Made by a program: the position numbers and the translations under genes. The notes under the pieces are model-generated. The model saw nothing but the letters and a program-made list of their open reading frames with translations. It made no database searches and had not been told where the DNA came from. A stretch of DNA of 64,000 nucleotides from Chloroflexota bacterium (GTDB taxonomy: Bacteria > Chloroflexota > UBA11872): positions 48,608-112,607 of the forward strand of contig JAJEGF010000081.1 of assembly GCA_022820025.1 (NCBI GenBank), in the 5' to 3' direction. Shown in pieces: positions 18,907 to 29,579 of this stretch. The first letter of the stretch is position 1, and every line of letters starts with the position of its first letter.

Positions 18907-19734
18907 ATGCGCGTTTCCTACACCACCTACTCCGCGCCCGCCTGGCCGCTTGAACGACATCTCGCCGTCGCGGCCGAGTTGGGCTGTGACGGCCTGGAAC
19001 TCCGCAATCTCGACGGCCGGCCCATCGATCCCGCGATGCCCGAAGATCGCCGCGCCGCAATCTTTGACGCCGTCGCGGATGCCGGCCTCGAAATCTGTGT
19101 AGTCGGCAGCAGCTCGCGCTTCGCCTTCCCGTCCGCTGCCGACCGGCGACAGGCCGTGGAGCAAGCTGTGGCCTTCGTCGAACTCGCCGACGCATGGGAC
19201 GCCCCCATCGTCCGGGTCTTTGGCGGCAACTACGATCCCGGTCCCTCCGACGACGAAGTCAACGGCTGGGTGGCCGAGGCCTTGCGCGAAGTCGCCGTTG
19301 CGGCCGACGCCTATGGCATCCGGATTGCCCTCGAGACTCACGACGCCTTCTCGACCGGCCAACGCGCGCGGCGCGTCCTTGACCTTGCCGATCACACCGG
19401 CATCGGCGTCGTCTGGGACTTCGCCCATCCCGTCCGCCACGGCGAGACGGTTGATCAGACCTGGGATCTCATTCACCGCGAGGTCATCCACGCGCACTTC
19501 AAGGACATGAAGCTCACCGGCGGCGGTCGCGACGGTTGGGAATCGGTAGGCCCCGGTGAAGGCGACCTCCCATTGGCCGACATGGTCGGCCGGCTCGTTG
19601 AGGCCCGCTACGCTGGCTACATCTCCACCGAGTGGGAAGGCCGCGATCCCGACGGCGCCGACGACCCCACCGCCATGCTTCGCGCCCACACCGCCTCGAT
19701 TCGCGATCTGATCGCGCGAGCTCGCCCACGCTGA
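18907..19734 (+). CDS. Sugar phosphate isomerase/epimerase (xylose-isomerase-like TIM barrel)
   Basis: ATG at 18907 (MRVSYTTY). The ORF-track upstream extension is low-complexity. Confidence 0.6.
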   Translation: MRVSYTTYSAPAWPLERHLAVAAELGCDGLELRNLDGRPIDPAMPEDRRAAIFDAVADAGLEICVVGSSSRFAFPSAADRRQAVEQAVAFVELADAWDAPIVRVFGGNYDPGPSDDEVNGWVAEALREVAVAADAYGIRIALETHDAFSTGQRARRVLDLADHTGIGVVWDFAHPVRHGETVDQTWDLIHREVIHAHFKDMKLTGGGRDGWESVGPGEGDLPLADMVGRLVEARYAGYISTEWEGRDPDGADDPTAMLRAHTASIRDLIARARPR

Positions 19735-19857
19735 TAGCGCGGCCGTGCCGCCGCTTCGCCCGTATCCGCGTCGCCCGAAACAACCGTTGACTCGCCCGCC
19801 GGCCCCGCCTACGCTTGCCCTCGGAAAGGCGTCGATCGGGACGAGTACGCGCGACGT

Positions 19858-20101
19858 TCCACGCCAGAGAGTCGGGCCTCGTGCTGAAAGCCCGATCGTG
19901 GAAGCAGCGTCGAATGGCCCCGTGAGCCTCAGACCGAACGGCACCGCTCAGTAGGCTCTGACGGAGGCCCTCCGTAATCCGGGCAGGGTATCGAGTTACG
20001 GCTCCGTACCTGTGAGAAGCGCCCACGGCGCTTGAATTAGGGGTGGCACCGCGAAGGCCACGTACCTCTCGCCCCCTTGTGTGGCGAGAGGTTTTTGATT
20101 T
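19858..20101 (+). promoter_or_regulatory. T-box leader (putative Trp-specific) with intrinsic terminator upstream of trpE
   Basis: T-box consensus AATTAGGGTGGCACCGCG at 20035-20053. Terminator hairpin CCTCTCGCC/GGCGAGAGG at 20065-20091 followed by TTTTTGATTT. Upstream AGAGAG and UGGA candidate specifier (UGG=Trp). Strong SD AAAGGAGGGG before trpE. Confidence 0.65.
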
Positions 20102-20125
20102 AAGGCGCCAAAAGGAGGGGCCGAT

Positions 20126-21631
20126 ATGTTGTCCACTGCACCTTCACGCACGGACACATGCGCCTGGACGCTCCGGCAATTGCGGGCCGGGCGTGGCGTC
20201 CCCGTCTTTCGTGACATGCCGGCCGATCTCGACACCCCGGTCGCCGCCTACCTCAAGCTCCGCGGCGACGCCCCCTCATTCCTCCTTGAAAGCGTGGAGC
20301 GCGGCGAGGCCGTCGGCCGCTACTCCTTCGTCGGCGGATCCCCTCGCGCGGTCGTCCGACTTCGCGAAGGCCGGGCCACGGTCGCCAACCGGAGTGGACA
20401 GCCGGCGACCGGCGACTACGAAGACCCGCTGGAGTACATCGAGGGGCTACAGCACCCGTTCCCAATTGCCACGCATCCGGACCTTCCGCCCTTCCAGGGC
20501 GGCGCGGTCGGCTATCTCGGCTACGACGTCGCCGCCAACTTCGAACGGCTGCCCGTGCCCGAGCGGGACACACTCGGCGTTCCTGACGCCGTCTTCATGT
20601 ACTGCGACGACCTCGTCGTGTTCGACCACGTCACGCAGGTCCTGCGGCTCGTGACCCTCGCGCACCCGTCCGACGATGTCGACGCCGCGGTGGCTGCCGC
20701 TGAGGCCCGCCTCGATCACTTGGCCCAACGACTCGACGGTCCCTATGCCACGTCGCCGGCGCTTCCCAGTCCAAACGGTGAAGGCGCTTCCCAGAGCATG
20801 TCGCAGGCCGAATTCGAGGACTGCGTACGCCGAGCCAAGGAATACGTCGCCGCCGGCGACATCATCCAGGTCGTGCCCTCGATCCGGTTTAGCCGCCCGC
20901 TCAACGTCGATTCCTTCCAGGTCTACCGCTACCTGCGGCGCGTCAACCCCTCGCCATACATGTTCTTCCTGGACTGCGGCGATCTGCAGTTGGCCGGCGC
21001 CTCGCCCGAGATGCTGCTGCAGGCCGTCGAGGGACGCGTCCGCACGCGTCCGCTTGCCGGGACTCGGCCCCGTGGCGCAACGCCCCAGGAAGAAGCCGAA
21101 CTCGAGCGCGACCTCCTGGCCGACCCCAAGGAACTCGCCGAGCACGTCATGCTCGTCGATCTCGGACGCAACGATCTCGGTCGCGTCTCCAACCCCGGGA
21201 CGGTCAACGTCGACGACCTCATGTTCGTCGAGCGCTTCTCCCACGTCATGCACATCGTCAGCGATGTGAGTGGCCGGCTCAGTCCGAGCTACGGGGGCGT
21301 CGACGCGCTCCGCGCCTGCTTTCCGGCCGGCACCCTCACCGGCGCGCCCAAGATCCGCGCCATGGAAATCATCGCCGAACTCGAAGACCTGCGACGCGGA
21401 CCCTACGGTGGCGCCGTCGGCTACATCAGTCATTCCGGCGACATGGATACCGCCATCACCATCCGCACACTGCTTGCCCACAGCGGACGTGCCCACGTCC
21501 AGGCCGGCGCCGGGATTGTCGCGGACTCAGTCCCGGCGACCGAGTACCAGGAATGCGTCAACAAGGCTCGCGCGGTGCTGCAGGCCATCGAACTCGCGGA
21601 GGAGGCGGCACGTGCTGCTCGTCTTGGATAA
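20126..21631 (+). CDS. trpE: Anthranilate synthase component I
   Basis: 501 aa with chorismate-binding enzyme blocks. First gene after the T-box leader. Confidence 0.9.
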   Translation: MLSTAPSRTDTCAWTLRQLRAGRGVPVFRDMPADLDTPVAAYLKLRGDAPSFLLESVERGEAVGRYSFVGGSPRAVVRLREGRATVANRSGQPATGDYEDPLEYIEGLQHPFPIATHPDLPPFQGGAVGYLGYDVAANFERLPVPERDTLGVPDAVFMYCDDLVVFDHVTQVLRLVTLAHPSDDVDAAVAAAEARLDHLAQRLDGPYATSPALPSPNGEGASQSMSQAEFEDCVRRAKEYVAAGDIIQVVPSIRFSRPLNVDSFQVYRYLRRVNPSPYMFFLDCGDLQLAGASPEMLLQAVEGRVRTRPLAGTRPRGATPQEEAELERDLLADPKELAEHVMLVDLGRNDLGRVSNPGTVNVDDLMFVERFSHVMHIVSDVSGRLSPSYGGVDALRACFPAGTLTGAPKIRAMEIIAELEDLRRGPYGGAVGYISHSGDMDTAITIRTLLAHSGRAHVQAGAGIVADSVPATEYQECVNKARAVLQAIELAEEAARAARLG

Positions 21632-22196
21632 CTACGACTCCTTCACCTACAACCTGGTGCAATACCTTCAGGTCCTGCACGCCGACGTCGCCGTCTACCG
21701 CAACGACGCCGTGACGGTCGACGACATTGACGACATGTCGCCGGACGCCATCGTTGTCTCACCCGGACCCTGTACGCCACACGAGGCCGGGATATCCGTC
21801 GATCTGATTCGAGCCCTCGGCCCAACCGTGCCAACCCTGGGCGTCTGTCTCGGCCACCAGTCCATCGGCGAAGCCTTCGGGGGGCAGGTCGTTCGCGCGC
21901 CGGTCCTCATGCACGGCAAGACCTCGCCGATCGCCCACGACGGACGCCGCCTGTTCGCCGACCTGCCCAATCCGTTCGATGCCACCCGCTACCACTCCCT
22001 GATCGTGCAGCGCGAAGGCCTCCCGGATGAACTGGAGGTCACGGCCCAGAGCCCGGACGGGCTTATCATGGGAATGCAGCACCGTACGCACCCCATATAT
22101 GGCGTGCAGTTCCACCCGGAATCGATCTTGACAGCCGCCGGACCCGCGCTCCTGCGCAACTTCCTCATGCTGGCCGACGTGCCGGTGGCCGCATGA
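21612..22196 (+). CDS. trpG: Anthranilate synthase component II (glutamine amidotransferase)
   Basis: GTG start, [18 protein letters not shown] ... GVCLGHQ class I GATase motifs. Overlaps the trpE stop. Confidence 0.8.
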   Translation: MLLVLDNYDSFTYNLVQYLQVLHADVAVYRNDAVTVDDIDDMSPDAIVVSPGPCTPHEAGISVDLIRALGPTVPTLGVCLGHQSIGEAFGGQVVRAPVLMHGKTSPIAHDGRRLFADLPNPFDATRYHSLIVQREGLPDELEVTAQSPDGLIMGMQHRTHPIYGVQFHPESILTAAGPALLRNFLMLADVPVAA

Positions 22197-23218
22197 TCCC
22201 CGAGGCCATCCGTTCGGTCGTCGATGGTGATGATCTCGATCGCGGCACCGCCGGCGCCCTCATGGACGCGATTCTCCAAAACGAGATGACGCCCGCCCAG
22301 TTCGGGGCGCTCGTCACCGCCCTGCGTCTCAAGGGTGAAACCGCCGCCGAAATCGCCGGCTTCGCTGCCAGCATGATCCGCCATGCCCGGCGCATCGAAG
22401 TGGACGGTACGGCCCTCGTCGACACCTGCGGCACGGGGGGTGGGGTGACCCGCTGGGTCGGCGTGTCCACCGCCGCGGCCATCGTCGCTGCCGGTGCCGG
22501 CGCTGTCGTCGCCAAGCACGGCAACCGCGGCGTCACCCGGCCGGCCGGCAGCAGCGATGTGCTCGAAGCGCTGGGCGTAAACCTCATGGTCGGGCCCGAC
22601 CTGGTGGCCCAGGCGCTCGACGAAGCCCGCGTGGCGTTCATGTTTGCGCCGGCGTTTCATCCCGCCATGCGCTTTGCCGGTCCGCTCCGTCAGGAAATCG
22701 GCATCCGCACGGTCTTCAATGTCTTGGGGCCTCTCACCAATCCCGCTGGCGCACAGCGACGTCTGCTCGGCGTCGGCGATCCTGCGCTCGCTCCCACCAT
22801 CGCGGAAGCCGTGCGCCTGCTGGATATTGGTCGAGCGCTCGTGGTCCACGGCCACGGCGGGGTCGACGAAGTCTCCCTCACCGGCCCAACCCAGGTGCTC
22901 GATGTCAGGGATGGCATCGTCTCGGAATACGAGGTCAAGCCGGCTGACTTCGGATTGCCCGCCGTGGATCCGGCCGAGCTCGAAACCCACGATGCCCAGA
23001 CCGTAGCTGGCGCCACCCGTGCGCTGTTGGCCGATCAGCACGGTGGTCCTCGCCGCGATGTCGTGCTTGCCAACGCGTCCGCCGCACTCGTGGCGGCCGG
23101 GATCGTTTCGGACTGGCGCGATGGCGTCTCTCGTGCGGCCGACGCCATTGCCAACGGCTCGGCGCTGGCCTGCCTGAACCGTCTCGTTGAAGTCTCGAAC
23201 AGGAGCGACGGAGCCTAG
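22193..23218 (+). CDS. trpD: Anthranilate phosphoribosyltransferase
   Basis: ATGA overlap with trpG. TrpD blocks (GTGGD..., [10 protein letters not shown]). Confidence 0.85.
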   Translation: MIPEAIRSVVDGDDLDRGTAGALMDAILQNEMTPAQFGALVTALRLKGETAAEIAGFAASMIRHARRIEVDGTALVDTCGTGGGVTRWVGVSTAAAIVAAGAGAVVAKHGNRGVTRPAGSSDVLEALGVNLMVGPDLVAQALDEARVAFMFAPAFHPAMRFAGPLRQEIGIRTVFNVLGPLTNPAGAQRRLLGVGDPALAPTIAEAVRLLDIGRALVVHGHGGVDEVSLTGPTQVLDVRDGIVSEYEVKPADFGLPAVDPAELETHDAQTVAGATRALLADQHGGPRRDVVLANASAALVAAGIVSDWRDGVSRAADAIANGSALACLNRLVEVSNRSDGA

Positions 23219-23221
23219 GAC

Positions 23222-24001
23222 GTGATCCTCGACGAGATTGTCGCCCGTAAGCGCATCGACGTGGCGGCCCGCGTGGAGCGCGCCAATCTGTCCGAGATTC
23301 AGGCGCGACTCGCCCAACGTGGGCCCACGCGCTCGCTGTGGCACGCCCTTGACGAAGACGGCGTCGGCGTTATGGCCGAGATTAAGCGTCGCTCGCCCTC
23401 CGCCGGCGTATTTGCTGAAAACATCGATCCGTCCGCGTGGGCATCTCGCTATGAAGCCGGCGGTGCTGTCGCTATCTCTGTCCTCACCGACGAACCCTTC
23501 TTCGGTGGCTCGCACGCCGACCTGGTAGCGGCGCGTGCGGCAACTGAACTGCCGATCCTGCAGAAGGACTTCGTCATTACCGACTACCAGATCTTCGAGG
23601 CCGCGGCCTTCGGCGCGGACGCCGTCTTGCTCATCACCGGTCTCACGCTCGATCAGAACCTTCAGGCGCAGATTGAACTCGTCCATCGCTTGCAGATGGA
23701 AGCCCTCGTCGAGGTGCACACCGAGGAGGAACTCGACGAAGCCCTCCTCGCGGGCGCCCGCATCATCGGCATCAACAACCGCAACCTCCGCGAGTTCACG
23801 ACCGACCTGGCCGTCACGGAGGAACTGTGCAAGTTGATTCCCGAAGAAATAACCGTTGTCAGCGAAAGCGGCGTCCACGTGGCCCACGACGTGGAGCGGC
23901 TGGCCGCCGCCGGCGTCAGCGGCGTCCTGGTCGGCGAGTCCATCATGACCGCCGAGGATCCGCTGGCTCAACTCCGCATGCTGGTCGAGGCCGGCGAGTA
24001 A
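23222..24001 (+). CDS. trpC: Indole-3-glycerol phosphate synthase
   Basis: GTG start. IGINNRNL and EIKRRSPS motifs. Confidence 0.85.
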   Translation: MILDEIVARKRIDVAARVERANLSEIQARLAQRGPTRSLWHALDEDGVGVMAEIKRRSPSAGVFAENIDPSAWASRYEAGGAVAISVLTDEPFFGGSHADLVAARAATELPILQKDFVITDYQIFEAAAFGADAVLLITGLTLDQNLQAQIELVHRLQMEALVEVHTEEELDEALLAGARIIGINNRNLREFTTDLAVTEELCKLIPEEITVVSESGVHVAHDVERLAAAGVSGVLVGESIMTAEDPLAQLRMLVEAGE

Positions 24002-24008
24002 CCCGCGC

Positions 24009-24626
24009 ATGCTCATCAAGATCTGCGGCCTCCTGGAACCGGCCGATGGCCATGTCGCCGCGGCGGCTGGCGCCGATCTGCTGAGCGTGATCTTCGCGCC
24101 CGCCCGCCGCCGCCGCACGCTCGCCCAGGCCCGCGCAATCTTCGACGCCGCGCCGCCGCACGTGGAGCGCGTCGGCGTCTTTGTCGATGCCCCGCCCGCC
24201 GAAGTCAACGAAGTTATCGACGGCTGCCGCCTCGATCGCGTCCAGTTTTCCGGCGCCGAGACGCCCGACGACTGCCGCGCCTTCGGCGAGCGGGCCATCA
24301 AGACGCTCCGGCTGCCGCGTGACCTCGACAAGCTCCCGCGGTTTCCGGTCCCGCTATTCAACCTGGACGCGGACGTCGAAGGCCACGCAGGCGGAACCGG
24401 CGAGATCTGGGATTACGCGCTCGCACGCGAGACTTCCCACACCTACCGGGTACTCCTTGCCGGCGGCTTGACGCCCGACAACGTCGGAGCCGCCATTGCC
24501 GCCGTCCGGCCATACGGCGTGGACGTCAGTAGCGGCGTTGAGACCGACCGGCGCAAGGACCACGACAAGATCGAACGGTTCATCCGCAACGCGCGAGCCG
24601 CCTACGACACGGCGCTCGCGCCATGA
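24009..24626 (+). CDS. trpF: Phosphoribosylanthranilate isomerase
   Basis: MLIKICGL N-terminus, 205 aa. Confidence 0.8.
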   Translation: MLIKICGLLEPADGHVAAAAGADLLSVIFAPARRRRTLAQARAIFDAAPPHVERVGVFVDAPPAEVNEVIDGCRLDRVQFSGAETPDDCRAFGERAIKTLRLPRDLDKLPRFPVPLFNLDADVEGHAGGTGEIWDYALARETSHTYRVLLAGGLTPDNVGAAIAAVRPYGVDVSSGVETDRRKDHDKIERFIRNARAAYDTALAP

Positions 24627-25603
24627 CCCGCCTTCGCCTCGCCGCCGTGGGCTTCTCCCTGCTTGCGCTGGCCGCCTGCACGCACGGCCTGGAACTCGAG
24701 AACGGGCAACGACCGGTCCAGCCAATCACACGAGTCAGCTTTCTCTTTAACGAAGACCAGAGCGACATCGTTCTGACTGCGCCCACGAGCGTCGACCAAC
24801 AGGCCCCTGCCGCGGTCCCAGGCCCTGCGGTCGTCACGGCCTCTCCGCCGGCCGCAGCGCCGGCGCAGCCCACGGATGCCCCTGCGCCCCCAACTCCCTC
24901 GACCGCCGGGCAGGGCACGACGGCTGACCCGTCGCCAGCCGCCACTGCCGCGACTGGCAGCCCGACGCCAACGGCCGAGCCGACCCCGCTCCCCGACGTC
25001 GACGTCGCGGCCATTACCTCCGACGAGACAGCCAGGTCGCTCGTAATTCCAGCGACGGAAGTTGATCCAGGACTGGAAACCGTCGACGAGTCGTCCGACC
25101 CCACGGACTTCCTGTCCGAGGAACTTATGGCTCAGTCCGCCCTCTCAAGCTTCTACGTCAGTGGTAGCAGCCGCCAGCCCACCGGCGGCGGCCGCCCGGT
25201 CCAGCTTGTCCAGCGCCTGTTCGTTCATGCCAACACCGAGGGCGCGTCCCGGATGTTCGATGAGCTGGTCGACAGCGCCGCCCCAACATTCGCCATCGCC
25301 GCGCTGGGCTTCTTCCGCCAGTTCTATCCTGACCTTGAGCCCGGCACGCGTACATCTGATCAGTTCACGCTGGCGGATCAAAACCGCCTGATTGAAGTTC
25401 GAATCGACCCCAAGATCGCCCCCGAGGAACGCGAACTCGGCCCAGGCGACCCGCACATCTACTACTTGATTCTGCGCCAGGGTCGCGTGTCTGCCATATT
25501 CGAGCTTGTTTACCTGAGTGCCCAGGATCCGGGCGTCGTCACCGTCCTGGGTGAACGCCTGATCAACCGCATTCCGGGCGCGCTCGCCGGATCCCAGCCA
25601 TAG
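24623..25603 (+). CDS. Lipoprotein with Pro/Ala/Thr-rich linker inserted between trpF and trpB
   Basis: Signal peptide plus lipobox (LLALAACT). ATGA overlap with trpF and stop 2 nt before trpB. Low-complexity PAPT linker, then a globular C-terminal domain. Confidence 0.5.
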   Translation: MTRLRLAAVGFSLLALAACTHGLELENGQRPVQPITRVSFLFNEDQSDIVLTAPTSVDQQAPAAVPGPAVVTASPPAAAPAQPTDAPAPPTPSTAGQGTTADPSPAATAATGSPTPTAEPTPLPDVDVAAITSDETARSLVIPATEVDPGLETVDESSDPTDFLSEELMAQSALSSFYVSGSSRQPTGGGRPVQLVQRLFVHANTEGASRMFDELVDSAAPTFAIAALGFFRQFYPDLEPGTRTSDQFTLADQNRLIEVRIDPKIAPEERELGPGDPHIYYLILRQGRVSAIFELVYLSAQDPGVVTVLGERLINRIPGALAGSQP

Positions 25604-25605
25604 AG

Positions 25606-26808
25606 ATGCTGATTACGCGCGAGCTACCCGACGACGCCGGCTACTACGGCCCGTTCGGCGGCCGTTACGTGCCCGAGACGCTCGTCGCCGCGCTCGACGA
25701 ACTCGAAGCCTCGTTCCAGCGCCATCATCGCGATCCTGCCTTTGTGGACGAACTCGACAATCTGCTTCACTTCTACGCCGGTCGTCCCACCCCCACCTAC
25801 CACGCCACGAGCCTCAGCCAGGAGCTGGGTGGCGCTCAGATTTTCCTGAAGCGGGAAGACCTCGCCCACACCGGCGCCCATAAGATCAACAACGCGCTTG
25901 GGCAGGGCCTGCTCGCCCGCGTCAGCGGCAAGCGACGGGTCATTGCCGAAACCGGTGCTGGCCAGCACGGCGTGGCCTCCGCCACCGTCTGCGCCATGCT
26001 CGGCCTCGACTGCGTGGTCTACATGGGCGAGGAAGACGTCCACCGCCAGGCCCTCAACGTCGCCCGCATGCGCACCCTCGGCGCCGAAGTCATTTGCGTA
26101 ACGTCGGGCACCCGCACCCTTAAGGACGCCATCAACGAAGCCCTGCGCGACTGGGTCACCAACGTCGAAACCACCTTCTACCTCTTCGGCTCCGCCACCG
26201 GCCCGCACCCCTACCCCAAGATCGTCCGCGAATTTCAGCGTGTCATCGGCCGCGAAGCCCGCGCCCAGATCCAGGAACTCTCAGGCGCTCTGCCCGACAC
26301 CGTCGTCGCCTGCGTCAACGGCGGCAGCAACGCCATCGGAATCTTCTCCGCGTTCATCGAAGATCCCGACGTCAAGCTCATCGGCGTCGAAGCCGGCGGC
26401 CGCGGCGGTGACCAGGGCGAGCACGCGGCCACCGTGGAAAGCGGGACCCTCGGCATCCTTCACGGGTCACGCAGCCTGCTCCTGCAAGACGAAGGCGGGC
26501 AGATCATTGGAACGCACAGCATCGCGGCAGGTCTTGACTATCCGGGCGTGGGTCCGGAACTGGCCTACCTGCACCATGTCGGCAGGGCGGAGTTCCACAC
26601 GTTTGGCGATGACGCTGCAATGGATGCCCTTCAGTTGCTGGCTCGAACCGAGGGCATAATCCCCGCCCTCGAGAGCGCGCACGCCGTCGCCGGGGCAATC
26701 CGACTTGCGTCCGAGGCAAGCAGCGATCACGTCATCCTGGTCAATCTCTCCGGACGCGGCGACAAGGACATGGAGACCATCGCCGCCCAACTCGGCGAGC
26801 GCCCATGA
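25606..26808 (+). CDS. trpB: Tryptophan synthase beta chain
   Basis: PLP-lysine block [13 protein letters not shown]. 400 aa. Confidence 0.9.
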   Translation: MLITRELPDDAGYYGPFGGRYVPETLVAALDELEASFQRHHRDPAFVDELDNLLHFYAGRPTPTYHATSLSQELGGAQIFLKREDLAHTGAHKINNALGQGLLARVSGKRRVIAETGAGQHGVASATVCAMLGLDCVVYMGEEDVHRQALNVARMRTLGAEVICVTSGTRTLKDAINEALRDWVTNVETTFYLFGSATGPHPYPKIVREFQRVIGREARAQIQELSGALPDTVVACVNGGSNAIGIFSAFIEDPDVKLIGVEAGGRGGDQGEHAATVESGTLGILHGSRSLLLQDEGGQIIGTHSIAAGLDYPGVGPELAYLHHVGRAEFHTFGDDAAMDALQLLARTEGIIPALESAHAVAGAIRLASEASSDHVILVNLSGRGDKDMETIAAQLGERP

Positions 26809-27593
26809 ACCGTATCGACTCGACCTTCAAGGCGGCCAACGCCGAATCGCGGCTGGTCCTGGCCCCCTACGTCACCGTTGGATATCCGACCCGTGAATCC
26901 GCCGTCGAATTGGCGCTCGCCTACGTTGAGGCCGGTGCCGACATGCTCGAAGTCGGCATGCCGTTCAGCGACCCCATCGCTGATGGCCCCACCGTGCAAT
27001 TGGCCTCGCAGATCGCGCTGGAAGGCGGCGTCTGGCTCGAGGACGCCTTCCAGATGATCGAGCGGATTCGTTCCCAGACCGAAATTCCGCTGGTCCCAAT
27101 GGGCTATGCCAACCCCTTCATGCACTACGGCTTCGGTGCGCTCGCGCGCGAGTTCGCGGCAGCCGGCGCTGATGGATTGATCGTGCCCGACGTTCTGCCC
27201 GAGCACGCCCACGACATCGAGGCCGCGAACGCCGAGCATGCCCTGCACCTCATCCGGTTTGCGGCCCCGACCACGCCGCTGCAGCGACTACGGCAAATCG
27301 GCGAGGGAGCCAGGGGCTTCATCTACTGCGTCAGCGTTACCGGCGTCACCGGCAGCCGCGCCGAACTTTCCGACAGTCTGCCTGCCTACCTGGCGCGCGT
27401 GGGCAAAGCCACAAGAATTCCCCGCGTCGTCGGCTTCGGAATCTCCAAACCCGAACACCTGCGTTCGCTCCACGGCCGCGCCGAGGGCGCCATCGTCGCC
27501 AGCGCCCTCATCGACATCGTGCAAGCCAGCCCGCCCGGCCGGGGCGTCGAAGCCGCCGCGGCCCACGTCCGCCGTCTCGCCGCCGCCGCATGA
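26805..27593 (+). CDS. trpA: Tryptophan synthase alpha chain
   Basis: YVTVGYP ... [14 protein letters not shown] motifs. ATGA overlap with trpB. Confidence 0.9.
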   Translation: MNRIDSTFKAANAESRLVLAPYVTVGYPTRESAVELALAYVEAGADMLEVGMPFSDPIADGPTVQLASQIALEGGVWLEDAFQMIERIRSQTEIPLVPMGYANPFMHYGFGALAREFAAAGADGLIVPDVLPEHAHDIEAANAEHALHLIRFAAPTTPLQRLRQIGEGARGFIYCVSVTGVTGSRAELSDSLPAYLARVGKATRIPRVVGFGISKPEHLRSLHGRAEGAIVASALIDIVQASPPGRGVEAAAAHVRRLAAAA

Positions 27594-28594
27594 CACGCGT
27601 GATTCTCATCAGCCTCGGCCTGGCAGCCGCCGCCTACGTCCTCATCGTCCTGCGCACCGCCTGGCTCATCGTCCACCCCAATCGCCGGTGGCGTCCGCTC
27701 GACTGGGAGCCGCTGCCACTCAATCCGGCGCGCGTTTCATTCAGGTCGGCCGACGGCACCCGCCTCGCCGGCTGGATCAAGCCGCACGATAACCCCATCG
27801 CCACCGTCATCCTCGTCCACGGACTCGCTGTCAATCACACCGTGCTGGCCAATCGTGCCTACCGCCTCTGGCAACGGCGCTTCTCCGTCATGCTCTTCGA
27901 CTTCCGAGCCTGCGGCGAGTCCGAAGGCTCAACCAGCACCTGCGGCGTCCGCGAAGTCGCGGACCTTTCAGCCGCCGTCGATCTATGCCTGCACCAACCG
28001 GAGTTCGGCAACGCGCCCATCGTCGCCTTGGCCGACTCGCTTGGCGGCACCGTCACCCTCGCCGCCGCCGCGCAACGCCCGGAAATCAAGGCCGTGTTCA
28101 GCGACGCCGCCCCTATTTCGCTCCGGTCGGCAATCGACAAGGGATTCTCCGCCTACACCGGTCTCCCGGCGCTCCCGTTCAGGCGAGCCGTCGTCTGGGC
28201 CGCCGAACGCCTCACCCGCGAGAATGTCGACGATTTCTCTGTCGAAGACTCCATCGCCCGCATCGCGCCGCGCGCCATCTGCCTCGCGCACGGCCACCTC
28301 GATCCCCTGGTCGACGTGGCCGACGCACACCGGATGCACCAACGCGCTGGCGAGCCGTGCGAGCTCTGGCTCGAGCCAGCCGTCGGCCACGTCCTCGCCA
28401 GCGAAATCGACCCGGACGAATACGCCGACCGCGTGGCCGCCTTCTTCAAACGCGCGGTTTCGCCTCGGCACGCGCCCTCTCGACCCGAAGATCGGCGCAC
28501 CGCAAGGCAGTCGCTTGACCACTCCGGCGCACTTGGCCCGCAGACCAACGGCACCGACGAAACCGTGTCCGCGCAAACGTCCTCGAAGCCCTAA
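27590..28594 (+). CDS. Alpha/beta-hydrolase-fold protein with N-terminal TM anchor, coupled to trpA
   Basis: ATGA overlap with trpA. VILVHGL ... nucleophile elbow ALADSLGG. Confidence 0.55.
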   Translation: MTRVILISLGLAAAAYVLIVLRTAWLIVHPNRRWRPLDWEPLPLNPARVSFRSADGTRLAGWIKPHDNPIATVILVHGLAVNHTVLANRAYRLWQRRFSVMLFDFRACGESEGSTSTCGVREVADLSAAVDLCLHQPEFGNAPIVALADSLGGTVTLAAAAQRPEIKAVFSDAAPISLRSAIDKGFSAYTGLPALPFRRAVVWAAERLTRENVDDFSVEDSIARIAPRAICLAHGHLDPLVDVADAHRMHQRAGEPCELWLEPAVGHVLASEIDPDEYADRVAAFFKRAVSPRHAPSRPEDRRTARQSLDHSGALGPQTNGTDETVSAQTSSKP

Positions 28595-29103
28595 GCGCCG
28601 TCGTCCCATCGCGAGGCGCGCTCGTCGGTCTCGAACTCCGGCGTGCTGTACGCCTCCGCCTCCAGCAGTTCCTTCAGCTTCTCCAGCGAAACGGTCATCA
28701 CCAGGTCGGCGTCCCGTTTGGCCTTGCCGCCAATCCCAAAGAAACTCCGGCCCTCGTCATCCAGCTTCAGCACCCAGTCCACCTCGGTCCCTGTCAACGA
28801 GTGCTTGACCTGCACGCTGGCCCGATGCGGCTGAAACTCGGCGTAGCGCGTCGGCAGTCGATAGGTGAACACCCGGTGCTCGGCATCGAACTCCAGGATC
28901 TCAATCTCCGCGTCCGCCGCGCCGCTCACGGCCACCTTGCTCCCCACGCCCAACGGCTCGTCGCCGAGCTTCCGGACTTCGCTGACGCCGGGGAACCAGC
29001 GCACCAGCTCCGATCCGTCCGTCCACGCCCGCCACGCCGTGTCCGGGTCCGTATGGATGAACTGTTCGACCTTCTGGCCGATCACGATCCGCTGCGACTC
29101 CAT
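28591..29103 (-). CDS. SRPBCC (AHSA1/polyketide-cyclase-like) domain protein
   Basis: 170 aa. TDPDTAWRAWTDGSELVRWFPG N-terminal block typical of the family. Confidence 0.55.
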   Translation of the reverse strand: MESQRIVIGQKVEQFIHTDPDTAWRAWTDGSELVRWFPGVSEVRKLGDEPLGVGSKVAVSGAADAEIEILEFDAEHRVFTYRLPTRYAEFQPHRASVQVKHSLTGTEVDWVLKLDDEGRSFFGIGGKAKRDADLVMTVSLEKLKELLEAEAYSTPEFETDERASRWDDGA

Positions 29104-29196
29104 GCTGGCTCCTCACAGGCCGCCATTCGTGCGCCCGCCCCTATGGTACGCGCCACAAACGGTCTCGGCGCGTCCGTTCGGCGGTAAACTCGTCGC

Positions 29197-29286
29197 GGAG
29201 GGGTGCCCGAGTGGTTTAAGGGGCTCGTCTCGAAAACGAGTAGGCGTGATGAGCGCCACGTGGGTTCGAATCCCACCCTCTCCGCC
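29197..29286 (+). tRNA. tRNA-Ser (anticodon CGA)
   Basis: Acceptor GGAGGGG/CCTCTCC. Anticodon loop CUCGAAA. Long variable arm. T-loop GGTTCGAATCC. Confidence 0.8.
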
Positions 29287-29326
29287 GGACGCCGACGAAA
29301 GCCGCGCTTGCTAGCATTCGCCTTCA

Positions 29327-29414
29327 GGAGAGGTCGCCTAGAGGCTTAGGGCGCACGCCTGGAAAGCGTGTAGGGGGCAACCCCACGTGGGTTCGAATCC
29401 CACCCTCTCCGCCA
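29327..29414 (+). tRNA. tRNA-Ser (anticodon GGA)
   Basis: Acceptor GGAGAGG/CCTCTCC plus encoded CCA. Anticodon loop CUGGAAA. Long variable arm. Identical T-arm to the upstream tRNA. Confidence 0.8.
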
Positions 29415-29579
29415 CTCCGTCCAGCGCGTCACTACCGACACGGTGCCACCCGGCGCCCCCAATACCACCGCGCCAGAAAGACCCACGACTCCCGCAGAGA
29501 ATCCCTTGACGTAGCCAATACTAATACCTAGCCTTCGCCGTGGCCAAAGTTAGCCATAGCTAATGCAGAGTGTTAGCCA

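Noticed and set aside
18044-19195. 383-aa version of the second GT2 gene as given in the ORF track
   Set aside because: The N-terminal 140 residues are Arg-rich and overlap the convincing + strand isomerase gene, so a shorter CDS (TTG at 18769) was preferred. The start remains uncertain.
19514-20026. 170-aa minus-strand ORF upstream of trpE
   Set aside because: Arg-rich junk translation overlapping the T-box leader region. No motif.
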